A DNA stretch of 41,872 nt from a virus (taxonomy: Duplodnaviria > Caudoviricetes): IMG/VR virus record IMGVR_UViG_3300023435_000005, positions 1 to 41,872 of that record. One strand, given 5' to 3'. The notes under the pieces are model-generated. The model did no database searches, was not told where the DNA came from, and saw only the letters and a list, made by a program, of their open reading frames with translations. The stretch's first letter is position 1. Each line of letters starts with the position of its first letter. The position numbers and the translations under genes were made by a program. Below are positions 8,603 through 18,975 of this stretch, piece after piece.

Positions 8603-11080
8603 TTAATTCCTTAATTTATCAGATACCCAAGTTGGCGCTGGATGAACAACTGTGTCGGCCGTTACGGTTGTACTTGCAACATCATATAAAATCAATGCTT
8701 TATTTGGTACATCGATTCTAATTATACTTGTTTCCAGATCAACGCCGACAGCCCCTGCATTATGTATTTTAATGGCATCGCCTACTTCCCAACCGGATAA
8801 ACTTGCTACTGTTAATGAGTCTGCATCGGTAATCACGTTCACACTTCCTGCGGTTGTGTCTGTGCTGACCTCACCCCAGCCCTGAACAGGAGTTAAGCAA
8901 TAATCTGCTATCACTGAATCAGTTAAATTAAAACCTGTCCTATAAACCACGCAGTCCTGCATCCAGCGGCCATCGGTCGGCCGTGCTGAAGCATAAGCAA
9001 CTTTGGCCCCAAAAGTTGTCATATGAGAATAAGTGCCCGGAGAAGTGATAATTGAAATATTGGTTCCGCCAACCTTTGTTTCATAAGCACCATTTATTTT
9101 AGGGTTAGATATCTGAGTATCAGTACAATTTTTAATTAAAATTGCCCTCATTCTGCGTACGCCCCAGGGATTATAAGCGTCCAATTCTCTCGCCAATCCA
9201 TTTATTTTATTATTTGTTATTGACGCCCACTTCATTCCTTCTAAATGTATAGCAAAATAATTATCGCCATAAGAGGCTGTATACTGGTTTAAATATTTCC
9301 CCATATCATTAAACGTATTGCCTTCCACGTTCACGCCAGTACCAATCCCGCCATTATTATCTAATAAAATTCCTTTTGGAGAATTACGAATGTTATTAAA
9401 AGAAACATCCCAATTAGTAATATAGACATCCGGAGCATAAATAGCAGCAACCTGAGTGTTGAAAATACTATTGTTTTTAATGTTTACAATAGAGGTATCT
9501 TGAGTGCCGCCAATATGAACACCATAATTTATTTCACCGATTGACAGTTTATTGCCAATTTTATTATTAGTTATATCGAGGTTTCCTATATAACACCGCT
9601 CCAGGTTGTCTATACTCCCCCAAGTCCAAGGTGCAAAAATACCAGAACATGAAGCAAAATTGTTAATCCCATCATAAATTTGATTATAATTTATATCTAT
9701 ATTATCTACCGGAGCGGCCTGTCTGTCAGTCTCAATTCCAACAGCAATTCCATACTGTGAAAAAAATCTTATATAATTATGATGAATATTAACGCCGCCA
9801 GTCCCTTGATTAACGTCAATTCCAATCCTTGTATGAATAGCATCACGGCCTCCGGTTGACATTGTATCGCCTACAATTATATTATTGCAAACTTCAACAC
9901 CATATCTCATTGATGCTGTACTGTCTGGATAATCATAATTATAACCGCCTATTTTAATTCCAAGTACATTGCCAAAACAAATATTTCTTGTAATGAGATT
10001 TGCCCCGCCGCCGTTTTCAAATACCCTGCCGCACTGTTCGAAGTAATTCCCTGAGCATTCCCCCGATGTGGTTCCGTTAAATACAACAGCGTCATGGTGG
10101 CATCCATAAAAAAAGCTGTTTCTAACATTGCTAACCCTGAAGGGATAACGTTTTTCAGTAGTATTATTATTAGACGTGCGCGACACTGGATAATTTTGAG
10201 CTAATAACTGACAAGCTTCTTTTGTTAAAAAGAGAAATTTACACTTTTCAACATTTACGGGCACAGCCGATGAGAGACCTCCGGGGCCAGACCAATAAAC
10301 ATAATTATCAGTCGGTGCTATATCATCAAAATAGCTGTATTTGTCACTCATAAAGGTTATGCCATACACCAAAGACATTCCCGTGCTGTCGTCTAAGCCA
10401 TAACCTAAATCACCCCAATCTAAGTATAAAAGCCATCTTTTTGAAAAAATAGCATCGCCATCTCCACCGCCGCCATTAAATGATGCAGTATCACAATATA
10501 AAACTGCATCACACCCCGGGCTGATGAAATTCATTATGCTGCCATCCGCTGTAAATGCGCTCGTCACAACTCCTTCGCTCAAAAAATAAATTCCACTATC
10601 TAAAATAACCGTGGTTATATTATTAGTTTTGGCATAATTAATACAAGCAAGCAGAGAATCATAATCATCGGTTACACCATCGCGGGTGCAATAATCTTTA
10701 GCGTGAACAACTTCAACGTCTTCTAAATACTCACGAATGTTAATAGTCTTCCCGGTGATGGAGGCTGTAAGGGAATCATTAATCTGCGTCCCGGAAATAG
10801 CTATGTTGTTTATATACATTACGGAGGCCCACTGCTTGCCCCTCGTTGGATGGTCAAAAGCGTTTTCCCCCTCGGCATAAGCTGAATCTATTACAATGTA
10901 CCACCCAGCCCCATCAGCTGTAGATGTGGTGTGTCCGGCTATAAACATGGCACCGCCGTCGCCCACTTCCATTGTTTTCAATGAATTAGTATCGGAAATA
11001 GCATATGCCGGTTGTGAAAATCCGACCTGTCCATTAACAATTGAAGCAAGAAATATTATGGAAATTATTAAATATTTCAT
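8603..11080 (-). CDS. Signal-peptide tailspike-like right-handed beta-helix protein (pectate-lyase-3-type N-terminus)
   Basis: MKYLIISIIFLASIVNG|Q; VHAKDY...DGVTDD motif; long Asn/Gly/Ile-rich parallel beta-helix repeats. Confidence 0.85.
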   Translation of the reverse strand: MKYLIISIIFLASIVNGQVGFSQPAYAISDTNSLKTMEVGDGGAMFIAGHTTSTADGAGWYIVIDSAYAEGENAFDHPTRGKQWASVMYINNIAISGTQINDSLTASITGKTINIREYLEDVEVVHAKDYCTRDGVTDDYDSLLACINYAKTNNITTVILDSGIYFLSEGVVTSAFTADGSIMNFISPGCDAVLYCDTASFNGGGGDGDAIFSKRWLLYLDWGDLGYGLDDSTGMSLVYGITFMSDKYSYFDDIAPTDNYVYWSGPGGLSSAVPVNVEKCKFLFLTKEACQLLAQNYPVSRTSNNNTTEKRYPFRVSNVRNSFFYGCHHDAVVFNGTTSGECSGNYFEQCGRVFENGGGANLITRNICFGNVLGIKIGGYNYDYPDSTASMRYGVEVCNNIIVGDTMSTGGRDAIHTRIGIDVNQGTGGVNIHHNYIRFFSQYGIAVGIETDRQAAPVDNIDINYNQIYDGINNFASCSGIFAPWTWGSIDNLERCYIGNLDITNNKIGNKLSIGEINYGVHIGGTQDTSIVNIKNNSIFNTQVAAIYAPDVYITNWDVSFNNIRNSPKGILLDNNGGIGTGVNVEGNTFNDMGKYLNQYTASYGDNYFAIHLEGMKWASITNNKINGLARELDAYNPWGVRRMRAILIKNCTDTQISNPKINGAYETKVGGTNISIITSPGTYSHMTTFGAKVAYASARPTDGRWMQDCVVYRTGFNLTDSVIADYCLTPVQGWGEVSTDTTAGSVNVITDADSLTVASLSGWEVGDAIKIHNAGAVGVDLETSIIRIDVPNKALILYDVASTTVTADTVVHPAPTWVSDKLRN

Positions 11081-11081
11081 T

Positions 11082-11543
11082 CTACTCTCCGCCTACTCTA
11101 TTTTTTATTAATAAAGTATCACCTGTACCTATACCATAAATAAATCTTGTGGAATCGGCTATCAACCAGCCTGTTTGAGGGGCCGGATCAAAGTAAATAT
11201 AAGCACCCGTTGTATTAATTAACGTCCGATTAATGGTATCAAGTTTAGTCTTATTGGTTGTGGATGAATAGTGACCGCCCCAATCACCGCCACGGTTTTT
11301 ATACTGGACATAAACCGTCAAACACGAATCAGATGCAAAGGGATTAACCACATAAAATTCACTTGTAGTTATACCCAAGTAATAATCCGTCCTAAATGCA
11401 GACGTTGTACATGCCGCAAAAAAAGTGTCCGTTTCAGCCTCATTGTAAATATACACAAACTCCCGATAATTAGGCTCTACCCACATTGATTGCGTTAAAC
11501 CAAATCCAATTAAAAACAATAAAATCAATACTGTCTTTTTCAT
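11082..11543 (-). CDS. Signal-peptide beta-rich protein
   Basis: MKKTVLILLFLIGFGLT|Q; RBS GGAGG; coupled to upstream gene. Confidence 0.7.
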   Translation of the reverse strand: MKKTVLILLFLIGFGLTQSMWVEPNYREFVYIYNEAETDTFFAACTTSAFRTDYYLGITTSEFYVVNPFASDSCLTVYVQYKNRGGDWGGHYSSTTNKTKLDTINRTLINTTGAYIYFDPAPQTGWLIADSTRFIYGIGTGDTLLIKNRVGGE

Positions 11544-14023
11544 CTTTTACCTCCGTAATACTTAACAAATATTTCTGATTTAGCAGTTTTATTTACATCT
11601 CTTATTATCTTGCTGATTATTTTCTTTTTGGTTTCATCTGGCAGCTGGTCGTATTGTTTATAATGTACCATCTTCGAAATAGATTCTTTCAACATCATGC
11701 CTTTTAAAACATAAAACCTATCATATTCTTCATCTGTTAATTCTATGCCGTTTATATTTTTAGATGGTTTCCCTACGCCCATTTCCAGTCTTGCTAATTC
11801 AGTAAACGTCTTATCTTTCTCGGTCATGGATACATTAAAACCAAACAAAGACTTCCATGCGTCATCCCTAACTATTGATTCTCCAAAGATGTCTCTCCTT
11901 GAACCAACTGTCTGTGATAAAAGCGGCAGCCTTGAAAATACTTTTTCAGGTATTGTTTTAGGCTGCCTTATTACTGGATCAATCATTGTCCGGTTCCATT
12001 GCTGCACAATATTCGGCACAGTTGAGCCAATCGCCATCCCTGTCAATAAATCAGATGCTTTTGTTTCCGGGCTGGATATACCTTCATAAATATCATGCAC
12101 TCCCATTAAGAAGGGGTTTTCCGAAAACTGCTTCATATAAGAAAACACCAATTTCATTGAAAGTTCTTCAGGATTTTCACCTTCTTTGTGTCCTTCAAAA
12201 GCGTCTGCCGCGGCCCTGAACCATGACGAAATAGGCTCGAACCCTCTATAAGAATACCATTTATCACCAACTTTAACTGACTGTGGCTGCCAGCCGGACA
12301 GTCTCATAGCGTTTCTTTTCGCCGTACTTCTCGGCCCTATTCCGCTTACCTTTCCTTCTGAAGCGGCCATAAACGCACCGCCCAAAAACAACGATCCCGT
12401 AACCTGCCTGGCAATCATCGTTTCATAAAATTCGGTTTTTGAAAGTTTGCTTAAATGCGGATTTCTTAAAGTTTTCCAGAATGAAGGCATCGCAAGCGGA
12501 CCTCCCGGAACTCTTTGTAAAGACTGTTTTAAAAGATTAACCGGAGTCTTGAAAAATGGGACGATTAATCTCGCCCAGGGGTGTTTCATCCTGGCATCGT
12601 CCAATGTTTTCACAAATCCCGTAAGAGTTTCCTGAAAGATTCTTTCTCTTGCCCCCTTCTCAGCTGTTTTAAATATTTCATCATAAAGTTTCTTATTCTT
12701 TTTAGTAACTACTTTAGCAACTTCAACGGCCAATTCCTGGCCCCTGAGTCCTTCATTTAAAAAATGGCGTGTTGCAAGACCACGTATGTTACCGCCCCTG
12801 AGGGCCGTTCTAAAGGCCACATCCGTTGCAGTCAACACTCGGCCCGGAGCGCGGATGATCTCTCCTGTCAGGCCGCCTATGGCCCCATGCTTGCCTATTA
12901 CTTCACCAAGCTTAGTAGCCTCTTCGATATAAGCAGTAGGGTCTTTCATTATTCGCCAAAAATTACTACCGGCATCTTTTAATGCGCCTGTAATTCCAAT
13001 TGTTTCCTCAAGTGCTTCTCTCATATAAACCGCTCTCGGCGCACCTGTAATTCCATGCTTAACAGCATCCACCGCACCGGCAATAAACTTTTCTGGAACC
13101 TGAAGCATAGCACTGAAAGTATTACCTACGGTATTTCTTACCATCGTAGACAATCCCCAAAGCTTAGACATGGTAGCCCACTCAACCACTTTATCCATAA
13201 ATGCAGGAGTATATTCATTACCGCCTATTTTTTTAAGAGTAGCACCGGCTAATTTACGCTCTTCTTTCGTCATTCCTCCAAGAACTTCGTTTAGTTTCTT
13301 GAGCAATTGTCGGTTAATTGCCTTGTCGTATTCCAGGTCACGACCTGCGCCGGCCTTTAAGCCTGTTATATTTTCTAAGGGCTTAATTCGCTGTTTCTTT
13401 AATAGATCATTTTTAAATTTATCTATTGGAGTTGTTAGTAGTTTATTAACATTTACCTGTTTCCGTACTGCGCCGCCAGTGTTTAGCTCCATATCTAACA
13501 CAAAAGCTTTATCTAAATCATCACCGGCTTTCCCAGCCGCTTCCATAATATCATCATGTACTAAGTTTTTACCGCGTTTGACTGCAATCCAGTCAGCATT
13601 TTCAATAGCATACTTTTGCAGTGCTTCGCTCTTTTTCCACAACTGACTCCGACCTATCTTACTTACGACATCACCAGCAACATGTTCAGCTGCTTCTACG
13701 CCCTTTGTTAAGTCAGCGATAGTATCACCTGATTTTATTGCCTTGCTTATTTTTCCGGCTTTAGCAAGTTTAGAAATCAACCCCGCCCCCATTAAAAGAT
13801 TAAGCGGATCGGCCACAATATCAACGCCAAGCTTAGCAATACCTGAAGCATCACGGCTAAGAATAAGCTCACTCGGATCAATACCCCTTGCGAAGTTCTG
13901 AAGATAATCACCCTCGGCAATACCGGATGTGATTAAGTGTGCGGGGATAGAGAACGTACTTCCAATAGAGCCAAGTACGCCCTCTCCCTGGTATCTTCTG
14001 CTTAATGCTTCGATGAAATCCAT
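11540..14023 (-). CDS. Large internal virion / DNA ejection protein
   Basis: Helical 827-aa protein; PFFKTPVN, GWQPQSVKVGDKWYSYRGFEP, RRDIFGE motifs; position after nozzle. Confidence 0.7.
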   Translation of the reverse strand: MDFIEALSRRYQGEGVLGSIGSTFSIPAHLITSGIAEGDYLQNFARGIDPSELILSRDASGIAKLGVDIVADPLNLLMGAGLISKLAKAGKISKAIKSGDTIADLTKGVEAAEHVAGDVVSKIGRSQLWKKSEALQKYAIENADWIAVKRGKNLVHDDIMEAAGKAGDDLDKAFVLDMELNTGGAVRKQVNVNKLLTTPIDKFKNDLLKKQRIKPLENITGLKAGAGRDLEYDKAINRQLLKKLNEVLGGMTKEERKLAGATLKKIGGNEYTPAFMDKVVEWATMSKLWGLSTMVRNTVGNTFSAMLQVPEKFIAGAVDAVKHGITGAPRAVYMREALEETIGITGALKDAGSNFWRIMKDPTAYIEEATKLGEVIGKHGAIGGLTGEIIRAPGRVLTATDVAFRTALRGGNIRGLATRHFLNEGLRGQELAVEVAKVVTKKNKKLYDEIFKTAEKGARERIFQETLTGFVKTLDDARMKHPWARLIVPFFKTPVNLLKQSLQRVPGGPLAMPSFWKTLRNPHLSKLSKTEFYETMIARQVTGSLFLGGAFMAASEGKVSGIGPRSTAKRNAMRLSGWQPQSVKVGDKWYSYRGFEPISSWFRAAADAFEGHKEGENPEELSMKLVFSYMKQFSENPFLMGVHDIYEGISSPETKASDLLTGMAIGSTVPNIVQQWNRTMIDPVIRQPKTIPEKVFSRLPLLSQTVGSRRDIFGESIVRDDAWKSLFGFNVSMTEKDKTFTELARLEMGVGKPSKNINGIELTDEEYDRFYVLKGMMLKESISKMVHYKQYDQLPDETKKKIISKIIRDVNKTAKSEIFVKYYGGKR

Positions 14024-14940
14024 TATTCAAAAGCCTGTTTCATTTGTGATTCCTGTAAATTTCTAACCTTCCACTTTGATGACCTGTTTTCTGGCGGCAA
14101 AAGAGTATCTATAAACGGTGCAATTGCTTGCAGGTAACGGCTTCGTTCAAAATAATTCTTTTGTGCTTCCAGCCTTTTTATTTCCAGATCCCTTTTTGTT
14201 TCTGGTATGATAGGTGATCTATAATCTTCAGGATTAATCTTTGTTTTTATGCTGGTTCCAACGATGTCCTTATATCCCTTAGTAAATTCATCGATTTCTA
14301 TTTCACCGCTTTTATATTTTCTCGCAAACTGCAAAACCCTGGACATTCTTCGCTGATCCATCTCTGCCTGTCTCTCAGCAATACTTTTAGGCATCTGAGC
14401 TAACTTAAGCTCCTGTCCCTTAGTATTTCTTACATTGCGCATTGTAGAGAAGTTTTCTAATAATTCGTTATCTATTTGGGCCATTACATTCATATCGGGT
14501 ATTGTTTTTGACGCTTCCTGAAGCTTTAAACTCATCAGTTCTCTGCGCCTGTTTTCCAAATAACCAATATCAAGATTAATTCGGTCCATCTTTTCTCTTG
14601 TGGCAGCACGTCTCTCGCTTGCGGCGAACTGCTTCCCCTGTAGAGAAAAACGATCCTGGTTAAGTTCATGCTCTGATCTGGCTATTTTACTTGTTTCTGT
14701 GAACTCCTTGCGCCTTTGCTCTCTTGATTTAAAATTCTCATCAGCTTGGAATAATTGGTTTTCTGCTTGCATGTCTGTTTGAAATTTCTGCGCCCTGCCC
14801 TGAAGATCCTTCTGGAAACCTTGCTGTTCTAATCTTCCGCGCTGGTTCTCTAAAAGATTTTCGTATCTTAATCTGGATTGCTCACCGATCTGAGACCCAA
14901 TAACCAAGCCGCGGCCTATCTTTTTAAATACTTTTTTCAT
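14023..14940 (-). CDS. Putative internal virion (ejection) protein, Q/E/R-rich coiled coil
   Basis: Composition and position. Confidence 0.55.
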   Translation of the reverse strand: MKKVFKKIGRGLVIGSQIGEQSRLRYENLLENQRGRLEQQGFQKDLQGRAQKFQTDMQAENQLFQADENFKSREQRRKEFTETSKIARSEHELNQDRFSLQGKQFAASERRAATREKMDRINLDIGYLENRRRELMSLKLQEASKTIPDMNVMAQIDNELLENFSTMRNVRNTKGQELKLAQMPKSIAERQAEMDQRRMSRVLQFARKYKSGEIEIDEFTKGYKDIVGTSIKTKINPEDYRSPIIPETKRDLEIKRLEAQKNYFERSRYLQAIAPFIDTLLPPENRSSKWKVRNLQESQMKQAFE

Positions 14941-15455
14941 ACTGTACCCCCACTTACACCAGGCGTTTTATATTTAGCCATCAATGCGTCAAGCCGTTCC
15001 ATATACCTCTGGTTTTGCAGGGATGTCTGTAGCCCCCCCATTCCCATTCCAAATAATTCACTAAATGGATCACCGTCATCCGGCATTCCCGCCATCTGAC
15101 CGAGTGCGCTCGATTTAACATTTTCATTCAAAGCGTCTACCCCGGTTAGAGCGCCGCCTATTGCACCGAATCTCTGTTGATTTATATCTGCCTGAACTTC
15201 CTGCTGTTTAGAGACAGGCGCACCCATTCTCAGTAAACGATTGGTTGTGGCCGATCCTACGGCAGTGGCTTCATTACCTATAGCTCCTCTGGCCCTCATA
15301 CGCATCTCAGCCAAAAGTCTTGGATCAATTCCCTTAGCTCTTTTTTTGAGCATATTATATATTTCATCCTGTCGGGAATCACCGCCTCCGAGTATACCGG
15401 CCAGCCCGATACCCATCTGCCCAACAGCCAGCCCTTCTAATAGTCCAAAGGACAT
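14937..15455 (-). CDS. Putative internal virion (pilot/ejection) protein
   Basis: Gly/Ala/Met-rich with hydrophobic Gly-rich N-terminus; position. Confidence 0.6.
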   Translation of the reverse strand: MSFGLLEGLAVGQMGIGLAGILGGGDSRQDEIYNMLKKRAKGIDPRLLAEMRMRARGAIGNEATAVGSATTNRLLRMGAPVSKQQEVQADINQQRFGAIGGALTGVDALNENVKSSALGQMAGMPDDGDPFSELFGMGMGGLQTSLQNQRYMERLDALMAKYKTPGVSGGTV

Positions 15456-15467
15456 TTTATCCTCCTA

Positions 15468-16196
15468 TTATGAATCCGCTAAAAATCCTAAGTTTTCTAA
15501 GTAAGACAATAAAGTATTGTACTTAGTTGTAATGTCCGCCAAAGTCCCGTCTGCATCAACTATATGTGCCTGCTGGACTACGGGAGCGGCTCCAAAAAAA
15601 CCTATTTTTTGTGCAGCCGCTGTTCCTATTTTTGTCCCGGTCGTAGTATTAACGGCAATATCCGCTTCATCAGGCAATGTTATATTATCGCTGTCATCTA
15701 CCGTAATTCCTGAACCCTGTATCTTCTGAGCGCCGCCATCCCCCCTGACAAGGGTATTGTCTGCTATAACCGCATCAGACGTATTAAGCTTACTTGTGTC
15801 CGCCATACCATGAACAGTAGATGTGTCTGCCATGTGTGTAGTTAAGCCTGCTGGGGTTCCGCTTAATCCAGCAATACTTATTTCATCACTCCCGCCATCT
15901 TCGTGCGTACTTGCATGATCATTTGGGTCTGGTGTTGTTACCCACTTTGCTGTTTTACTAAGTGGATTGCTAAAATCTGCTTGTAAAATAAAATTATCCT
16001 CGCTATTCGCAGGTTTACCTACTTTTACATCGCCCAAATGTAAAGAATCACCTTCAACATAAACACTGTCGCCCCTGAAGCTTCCATCTATATTTATATC
16101 ACCGTTATTATCCAAAGAAACAAAATGATCTTGTATTTCCCTGACAAGATCACGTATTGCCTTATCAGAATGGGTTGACTTGATTTTATATCTCAT
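15468..16196 (-). CDS. Tail needle / short fibre-like protein (no signal peptide)
   Basis: HASTHEDGGSDEI and GTKIGTAAAQKIGFFGAAPVVQ fibre motifs; follows nozzle. Confidence 0.65.
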   Translation of the reverse strand: MRYKIKSTHSDKAIRDLVREIQDHFVSLDNNGDINIDGSFRGDSVYVEGDSLHLGDVKVGKPANSEDNFILQADFSNPLSKTAKWVTTPDPNDHASTHEDGGSDEISIAGLSGTPAGLTTHMADTSTVHGMADTSKLNTSDAVIADNTLVRGDGGAQKIQGSGITVDDSDNITLPDEADIAVNTTTGTKIGTAAAQKIGFFGAAPVVQQAHIVDADGTLADITTKYNTLLSYLENLGFLADS

Positions 16197-18975
16197 AACC
16201 GCCCGCCTGATATTCTATTGAGGAACCATGATGTTCAAACTTAGCGCTATTATCCGTATCTGCCGGTGTCGTTATCTCTAATCTGAAAACATAATTTTCA
16301 CCCAAAAGCGAACTAATAAAATCTCTTGCTACTAATCCAACGCCTAAAGCAATTGTTTCTTTCAAAGCCTTGGTAGTATCATATTCATATATCTTGCAAT
16401 TACAAACATCCCCCGAATTCCTTTCGTATCTATGTCTCATGCCTATCAGCGTGACGAGCTCACCCTCGTTTCGTGAAAACCGAAGCAAGGGGCTTTCGTA
16501 AATACATGCAATTGCGGTACCATTCCCGCCGCCAGCATCTTCTTTATCTTTAGTAGACCCGTCGAATATTTTGTATAAAGCTGTCTGACCCCAGGCAATA
16601 TATTCATTGGCATAGTTTTTAAAGAACCCCCAAAAAGCAAAATTAGATGTATATTTCCCATTCCATACTTTATGTTTAACATTGTAACAAAATACACGAT
16701 CATCTCTAATACTGAAAAGTAACTTGTCTTCTTTTTCGATAAAATGAACAGCGGCTTTAGTAAAACTTATTTCATCAATATATGTCTTAACGGCATCGCC
16801 AATATTAAAAACATCCGTTCCGTTAAAAACATAAATCTTCTTTTCAGGACTGACAAAATAAATATCCTCATTAACTTTTGTAAAAGCGAATGAACTTACT
16901 ATACCATAATCGTACTCACGTTCCTTTGTACCGTCAAAATAAACTGCGAATGTTCTTGATTTAAAAACAACAACCCGGCCATAAGAATTTGTAATATCTA
17001 CAATCGGATCACCGCCGCCCGCCTCATATCCAAACGGATCGTAAACGGTTATATTGTTCGGCTGGTTTATCGGGCTTCTTACAAAACCATACGGAAAATC
17101 ATCACCATCGTGGTGATAGCCGCCAACATAAAGCTGGTCATCCTGCCACGTTAAATACTTGCCATTAACATATCTCGGCTTAACATTCTCACCAATACCG
17201 CTTGATTCGAAATACGTTACAGACGATATTTCCGCCTCGGATACTTCATCGTAATATACTACATAATATAATTCATTTGTCGCGTCATGCGTCCAAGCCG
17301 CTTCAACACTTCTTTCATTAATACCAACTTCCTTTAAGAATTTATATTCAGTTTCCGGCGATAACTCATCCTCTCCGTCACTATTGTAAGCCCTATATAT
17401 ATTAAAACTTTTTACCCTGTACATCTGGGCCAATTGGCTCTCCGGAACAGTCAAATATATAGCAATAGAATCATTTGTTCCATCTGCATGATAAACGACC
17501 GGATCTCCTAATACATATTCAATTCCGTCTATATCGACTATTGACATTTTATAAAAATATGTTCCAGCATCCAGACTGCCAGTTGATGCAGTATCTCTTA
17601 TAAACAGACTTGCGTTAATTGGGGCCGCTATGCTTTTCGTTGCAATTGTTTGCAATGTACCATAGGGATAAGAAATACAATAAGGCACATCGCTCCCGCT
17701 TGGGAAAAATACAGAGGCATGATTTATGTTCGTGTATGCTGTGGCCGCTCCCGAAAAAGATGCTATTGTTAATCTCCAAACCGTGTCCTGGAAATCATCA
17801 ATAGGATCAGTGGTTTCATTATCCGTTACAGTAACATAAACATGGCCGTTTGTTTCGTCTATATAAAGATCGAAAACCATATCAACACTGCCGGTCACAG
17901 TTGTAAATTCTGGCGATGTGCTGGCAACAGTGCCTATAGTTCCCACAAGCCGCCTGGTCACTATAGGATTTCCAGAGCCGTTAAAATCACCAACATAAAT
18001 CGCAGTATCATCAGCTTCTATACAGGTACCGTTTGTTAATGTAGACGTATTCGCTACATCCGATAAATCGCTTATTAATAATTTTTCAATTCTGTCTGTT
18101 TTCAGCACAAACACATGAGTTGAATTAACCGCTACGTCTATTGCCCTGCCGGTTCCCGCTGATATATTTTTAAAATTATATGACCAATCTACAGGATTAA
18201 TTTTCCACAATTCCTGCACACCATTATCAACTACCGCATACAGATAAGTTCCATCTGTTGCAAGCCTTGTATAGCTATTGTCCACAGGATCATAAGTACT
18301 GCCGCCAACCCCGTACAGTGGTATTGGTTTTCTCTCTATTAATTGATACTCACTATTTCTTACTTCAATAAAATGAGTATCTCTGAAACTCAAATAGTAT
18401 CTATCACTAATCTCAACAGCACTTGCTAATCTTGAAAACGTCCCTTCGCTAATTAATTGTGCCTTTAGCAGGCGATACGTCCCGGCATCATTAAGGGCAT
18501 CCCCAAATAACCCGTCATTTTCACTGGTTAATCTTTCGGTATATCCATACCATAACATATAATTTGTACTGCCGCTGCCCGCAGTTATTAAAACATGGTC
18601 CTGCCAGCCGAAATACTGGTTCTGAAAACTGCTTTCCAGTGTTGCACCTGCAGGAAGTGTTAAATTAGCCCACGAATTGCCGGAATCAGAGCTTACTTTT
18701 AAAGTACCATCACCCGCAATATCAGCATCATTAACAATCGAGCGCGTACTGCCGCCCTTGTTAAAACGGTATTCATACGAAGACAGTAGATTAGTAAACG
18801 CCGCCGCATTTGCATGATATTTGGACGAACCGCCCCTGATAGTCTGTGAACCAACAGGATCGTCAACATTAATATTCTCAAGTTCGTGACAATACTGTTT
18901 AGGTAATTCGGGATAATCAATATCCTGCCTTAATCCCTTATACCCTTCCCTTCCGGGTACATTTAATAAGCCCAT
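16186..18975 (-). CDS. Tail nozzle / stabilisation protein (tubular protein B-like, beta-propeller)
   Basis: 929 aa, beta-rich; N-terminal YKGL...LENI...RGG pattern; follows adaptor. Confidence 0.7.
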   Translation of the reverse strand: MGLLNVPGREGYKGLRQDIDYPELPKQYCHELENINVDDPVGSQTIRGGSSKYHANAAAFTNLLSSYEYRFNKGGSTRSIVNDADIAGDGTLKVSSDSGNSWANLTLPAGATLESSFQNQYFGWQDHVLITAGSGSTNYMLWYGYTERLTSENDGLFGDALNDAGTYRLLKAQLISEGTFSRLASAVEISDRYYLSFRDTHFIEVRNSEYQLIERKPIPLYGVGGSTYDPVDNSYTRLATDGTYLYAVVDNGVQELWKINPVDWSYNFKNISAGTGRAIDVAVNSTHVFVLKTDRIEKLLISDLSDVANTSTLTNGTCIEADDTAIYVGDFNGSGNPIVTRRLVGTIGTVASTSPEFTTVTGSVDMVFDLYIDETNGHVYVTVTDNETTDPIDDFQDTVWRLTIASFSGAATAYTNINHASVFFPSGSDVPYCISYPYGTLQTIATKSIAAPINASLFIRDTASTGSLDAGTYFYKMSIVDIDGIEYVLGDPVVYHADGTNDSIAIYLTVPESQLAQMYRVKSFNIYRAYNSDGEDELSPETEYKFLKEVGINERSVEAAWTHDATNELYYVVYYDEVSEAEISSVTYFESSGIGENVKPRYVNGKYLTWQDDQLYVGGYHHDGDDFPYGFVRSPINQPNNITVYDPFGYEAGGGDPIVDITNSYGRVVVFKSRTFAVYFDGTKEREYDYGIVSSFAFTKVNEDIYFVSPEKKIYVFNGTDVFNIGDAVKTYIDEISFTKAAVHFIEKEDKLLFSIRDDRVFCYNVKHKVWNGKYTSNFAFWGFFKNYANEYIAWGQTALYKIFDGSTKDKEDAGGGNGTAIACIYESPLLRFSRNEGELVTLIGMRHRYERNSGDVCNCKIYEYDTTKALKETIALGVGLVARDFISSLLGENYVFRLEITTPADTDNSAKFEHHGSSIEYQAGGYEI

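Noticed and set aside
6782-11080. Diversity-generating retroelement or invertible tail-fibre switch
   Set aside because: No reverse transcriptase, invertase, or template/variable repeat pair was seen
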